Shown: piece after piece, positions 60,576 through 64,000 of the stretch
Layout of the letters: each line of letters starts with the position of its first letter
How positions within the stretch are numbered: the first letter of the stretch is position 1
Assembly (NCBI GenBank): GCA_963848135.1
Contig: CAWKCK010000018.1
Coordinates: forward strand, 572,938-636,937
Source of the DNA: an uncultured delta proteobacterium
Lineage (GTDB): Bacteria; Desulfobacterota; Desulfobacteria; Desulfobacterales; SG8-13
Direction: 5' to 3'
Length of the DNA stretch: 64,000 nt
Program-made: the position numbers and the translations under genes
Notes under the pieces: generated by a model
The model's database searches: none
The model's input: only the letters and a program-made list of their open reading frames with translations
What the model was told of the DNA's origin: nothing

Positions 60576-63500
60576 CTAGTTGTTGTTTACCGTCAACTTC
60601 CCAAGATACACCGAACCCTCACGTCCATCAATACTGATGAAATCACCGGATTTGATGTGACTGTCTTTCAGCATACAGCTTTTTCCTTTCTCGTTGCAAA
60701 TCAGGTCGCCGACACAAACCACGCACGTTTTGCCGAGGCGGTGAGCAACTACGGAAGCGTGGGATGTAACACCACCGCGAGCGGTCAACAGGCCATCGGC
60801 GGCATATATTTCTCTGATGTCGTCTGGTACGGTGTCACTGCGGGCCAAGATGAGGCTTGTCTCTGGTTCCTTGGCTCGCCATTTGTCGATTTCCTCCAGA
60901 GTAAATACCACCCTGCCGGTCAGTGCGCCGCCGCCAATACCGATGCCGTGTCCCAAATAGCGGTCCGTTGTAATAGCCAGCAAATCGAATGTGCTCACCT
61001 TCTTGCGTTCTCTCATCGACATGTCCCGGCACTGAAGCAAGTGGAGATCTTTGGCTGCGGGCGACTCGAAGGTAAACTCCATCTCTTGGGGCGTCCACCC
61101 TTTTTCATAAACGAGGTGGCCGGCCCAGTTCTTCATGGTAGTGTAGATTTCCGGGAAATGGGTCTCCAATGTGATGTCAGTCGGTCGCATTTCAATTTCC
61201 TGTTGATAGATCGAAATCGGTAGAGTGATGACCAGTCCGGAAACGACATCCTCGCCTTGATTGCTCAATGTAAAATCCCCCCAGAGTTTAAGGGATTCCC
61301 CTGGCCAACGGGGATTATGTGTAAAAAAAACACCGGATCCGGATTTATCCGACAGATTGCCGTACACCATTGATTGCACCGTGATGGCTGTACCCCAGTC
61401 GTCCGAGATACCCATTATATGTCGGTAGGTTTCGGCTTTAGCGGAATCCCAAGAATCGAGTACGCTTTGAATGGTCATGTACAACTGCTCAAAGGGATCT
61501 TCCAAAATGTCTACCCGGTAATCCTGGATCATCTTTTTATAGGTCAGGGCCACATTTTTCATCTGTTCACCGGTAAAATCCTTTTTATAAGCAATTCCGG
61601 CGAGGTTTTTCATATCCCGGATGATGGCATCGAAATCATCCCGCTCAAGCCCGAAGGCCATTCCATAGCACTGCAAAAAGCGCCTGTAGTTGTCCCAGGC
61701 AAACCAAGGGTTTCCTGTTACGGCAGAAAGGCCGCAAGCGATTTTCTCGTTGATGCCGACATTGAGGAATGTATCCATCATACCCGGTTGAGAAATGGAA
61801 GAGCCGCTACGAACTGAGAACAGAAGCGGATTTCCAGGGTTGCCGAAAATCTTGCCGGTCATTTTTTCGAGTTTGATGATGTGCCGGGCAATCTGGTCCT
61901 TGAAGTTCTTTTCCGCCGGCCGATAGCTTTCAATGACCTGGCGGCAGCGGAACACTTCGGTCGTAATGATAAAGCCTGGCGGAACCGGCAGTCCCAAACT
62001 CTGCAGCACAACGAGGTTGAAGCCTTTATTGCCCAAGTAAATGAGCCCGGTGACCCGGTTATCCGGATCGGAGATGGAGGTCATTGCGTTATCGGGGTCG
62101 TAAATCAACAATTGGTGCAGTTTATCCTTCGGAAGTTTATCCGCCTGTTGGAACAATATATTGAGAATACGGCTGAGAAAGCGATCGAGTTGCTGGAGCC
62201 CCAGTGAAGAGGCGATGCGATCTCGTGAAAATATTTCTGAAATTCGAAGCTTGTTTTTCTCGCGATCTATACTGGTCCCATTATCACTGGGAATATATTT
62301 GCACAGGACTTGGTCATTGGGAATCTTATCCAAAATGCGATTGAGGTTTTCTTCATGAATGTTATGAAAGTAATCGTTGATGATATTTTTAACCGCAGCA
62401 GCGAATCCCTTGAAGATGTCCAGGTACTGGGTGAAAGTGAATGCTTTTACTTCCAATGAATGCGCCAGCAGGTCGAGCTGACGCTCGATTTCAACTGATG
62501 AAATCCCATCAAGATGTAAAGCCTTATCAAACAGGCGCAGGCGGGCATAGATCTGGTAAAAAGTTGCCTTGGTAATAAGGCTCAAGTCAATGCTTTCAAT
62601 CAACTCTTCGAAGAGAACATTGACCAAGGACTCAAGGCGATAAGTCAATCCGAGAGCATCGAACTTCAACTCGTGGTAACTGCCGTACATGGATGGGATA
62701 TCGATCGTGATATGCCTTTTCTTATATATATCTTCCCGCACTTCAAATTTATCAGAAGATAGAATGATGCCCTTAAGTTGCCCCAGATAATCCAGCAGCA
62801 TGAACATCTTCCTTTTGAGGTCCGGTTCAGATAAAGCGCTTCGGAGCCGGTTGAGATCCGAAAATGCCTCGGTGGACAACTGGGAAATATAACTCTTCAA
62901 TTCAACGTAATCGACGCTGTATTTTTGATGAAGCAATTTGTAGAAGGCGACAATCAGAAGAACTCGCTGACGATCTTCCTCGCTCGCATCACCATTCGTA
63001 TCGTCAATCATTCGGCGAAGTTGATCTTCCGGCAGCGTCAACAGGGTTTGGAGAGCAATTTCTTTACGTTTCAGTTGATCCATGATCGCGTGGACCCCGT
63101 CGATATAGGGTCCGTGGGTATCGATCCGCTCGTAGACATCGGGTGGAACGACCTGTTTCAACATTTTCTTGTCGCGGGTCGCCCAGAAATAGAGCGTCGC
63201 TTCCATGAATGCGATAATCTGGTTGCTGCTCTCTACATGACTCTGCTTGCGTAAAAAGTGGATCAGGATGTCGCGGCGGCGCGTTATTTCATCGATACGG
63301 GTCGATATGTCTCGAAGGCGTCCTTCTGCACCAATATCATTGAAGTAGGACGGAAATAGTCGTGTCATTTGTTTAGTTAGGTTGTATACCGGACCGACGT
63401 CACTGTTCAGAAATCGGGTGATGTCGCGTGGGAAAAGGTCGGTATCCCTTATGAATACGCCACTCAGTGCCAGGTGGATAATGAGAACCGATATGAGCCG

Positions 63501-64000
63501 GGTCGACCACTTGGGGTTTAGCTCGATCAACGCCAGCCAGGTTCGAATGTTCTGTATGTGGGCATTGTTAACCTTGATCTGCCAGTCTTCATCGACGCCT
63601 CTGATGCGTGGTGCTTGAAACGGCAACTCGATGACCTGATCGATAAAAAAATTGACCAGTTCACTATCATCGGTTCTATAGACGCCTTTGCCCATGGTCA
63701 GCACACAGTTCAATGCCGTGGCAGGAAAACTGAGCGCTTGTTTTTGAAGGATGGTGAAAGTCTTGCGGATCAGTCTGCGGATATTCAGATCCGATTCATT
63801 TGAAATAAGCCAACTGACGGTTCGGTTAATATCCCGCAAAGCCTCTTCGTGAATGATCGAAAGCCCGGAGGTGGCCATCATGTGAAACAGGAATATAATT
63901 TTCCATTGATTTCCATGAGTTTTTCCACCGGCTACCAACAGTTTCTGGGGTGTCTGACGGTATATCTCAACGATTTGTCCGTATCCGGGGAGCGCGAGCA
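60576..64000 (-). CDS. PPDK-like protein (ATP-grasp plus phospho-His domain), 5' end outside the window
   Basis: LGNKG, PVPPGF, SVRSG, PGMMDT, QGEDVVSG and GGVTSHA motifs; frame stays open to the window edge. Confidence 0.88.
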   Translation of the reverse strand, partial: LALPGYGQIVEIYRQTPQKLLVAGGKTHGNQWKIIFLFHMMATSGLSIIHEEALRDINRTVSWLISNESDLNIRRLIRKTFTILQKQALSFPATALNCVLTMGKGVYRTDDSELVNFFIDQVIELPFQAPRIRGVDEDWQIKVNNAHIQNIRTWLALIELNPKWSTRLISVLIIHLALSGVFIRDTDLFPRDITRFLNSDVGPVYNLTKQMTRLFPSYFNDIGAEGRLRDISTRIDEITRRRDILIHFLRKQSHVESSNQIIAFMEATLYFWATRDKKMLKQVVPPDVYERIDTHGPYIDGVHAIMDQLKRKEIALQTLLTLPEDQLRRMIDDTNGDASEEDRQRVLLIVAFYKLLHQKYSVDYVELKSYISQLSTEAFSDLNRLRSALSEPDLKRKMFMLLDYLGQLKGIILSSDKFEVREDIYKKRHITIDIPSMYGSYHELKFDALGLTYRLESLVNVLFEELIESIDLSLITKATFYQIYARLRLFDKALHLDGISSVEIERQLDLLAHSLEVKAFTFTQYLDIFKGFAAAVKNIINDYFHNIHEENLNRILDKIPNDQVLCKYIPSDNGTSIDREKNKLRISEIFSRDRIASSLGLQQLDRFLSRILNILFQQADKLPKDKLHQLLIYDPDNAMTSISDPDNRVTGLIYLGNKGFNLVVLQSLGLPVPPGFIITTEVFRCRQVIESYRPAEKNFKDQIARHIIKLEKMTGKIFGNPGNPLLFSVRSGSSISQPGMMDTFLNVGINEKIACGLSAVTGNPWFAWDNYRRFLQCYGMAFGLERDDFDAIIRDMKNLAGIAYKKDFTGEQMKNVALTYKKMIQDYRVDILEDPFEQLYMTIQSVLDSWDSAKAETYRHIMGISDDWGTAITVQSMVYGNLSDKSGSGVFFTHNPRWPGESLKLWGDFTLSNQGEDVVSGLVITLPISIYQQEIEMRPTDITLETHFPEIYTTMKNWAGHLVYEKGWTPQEMEFTFESPAAKDLHLLQCRDMSMRERKKVSTFDLLAITTDRYLGHGIGIGGGALTGRVVFTLEEIDKWRAKEPETSLILARSDTVPDDIREIYAADGLLTARGGVTSHASVVAHRLGKTCVVCVGDLICNEKGKSCMLKDSHIKSGDFISIDGREGSVYLGKLTVNNN

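Overview
The window looks like a Desulfobacterales-type deltaproteobacterial chromosome (inferred from gene content). Positions 1 to ~48.9 kb are a decaying accessory island that ends at the 3' end of tRNA-Asn(GTT) (48910-48985). Positions 49-64 kb are intact core genes: aspS, hisS, ilvD, an M16C peptidase, rsmA, a GAPDH-like gene and a PPDK-like gene. The island carries a DUF1254/HAD/arylsulfatase/MalT-like cluster, hicAB, mscS, a PP2C phosphatase, two VPLPA-CTERM genes (one behind a c-di-GMP-I riboswitch), a TetR operon, a Cpx-like two-component system with a DUF1566 lipoprotein, broken HU and IHF genes, and two copies of a broken large serine recombinase. It also holds IS1111/IS110, IS1595, IS4, IS481 and a group II intron. 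The most notable signal is an unnamed ~140-bp non-coding repeat (TTCTTGCCA..~90 nt..TAGCAGA..GCGTGAG.CGGTCAGA..TTTTGTT). It is present in about 6 direct copies separating 1-2-gene cargo modules. Two IS1111 copies (whose RNA region carries matching guide-like segments) and a group II intron (whose EBS1/EBS2 match) have inserted into it. A 2160-bp element with two tyrosine recombinases, 14-bp terminal inverted repeats and a 7-bp CTTGCCA duplication sits in the same motif inside IS481. A complete attC gene cassette is flanked by a 37-bp duplication. All alignments and coordinates were read by eye and may be off by a few bases.
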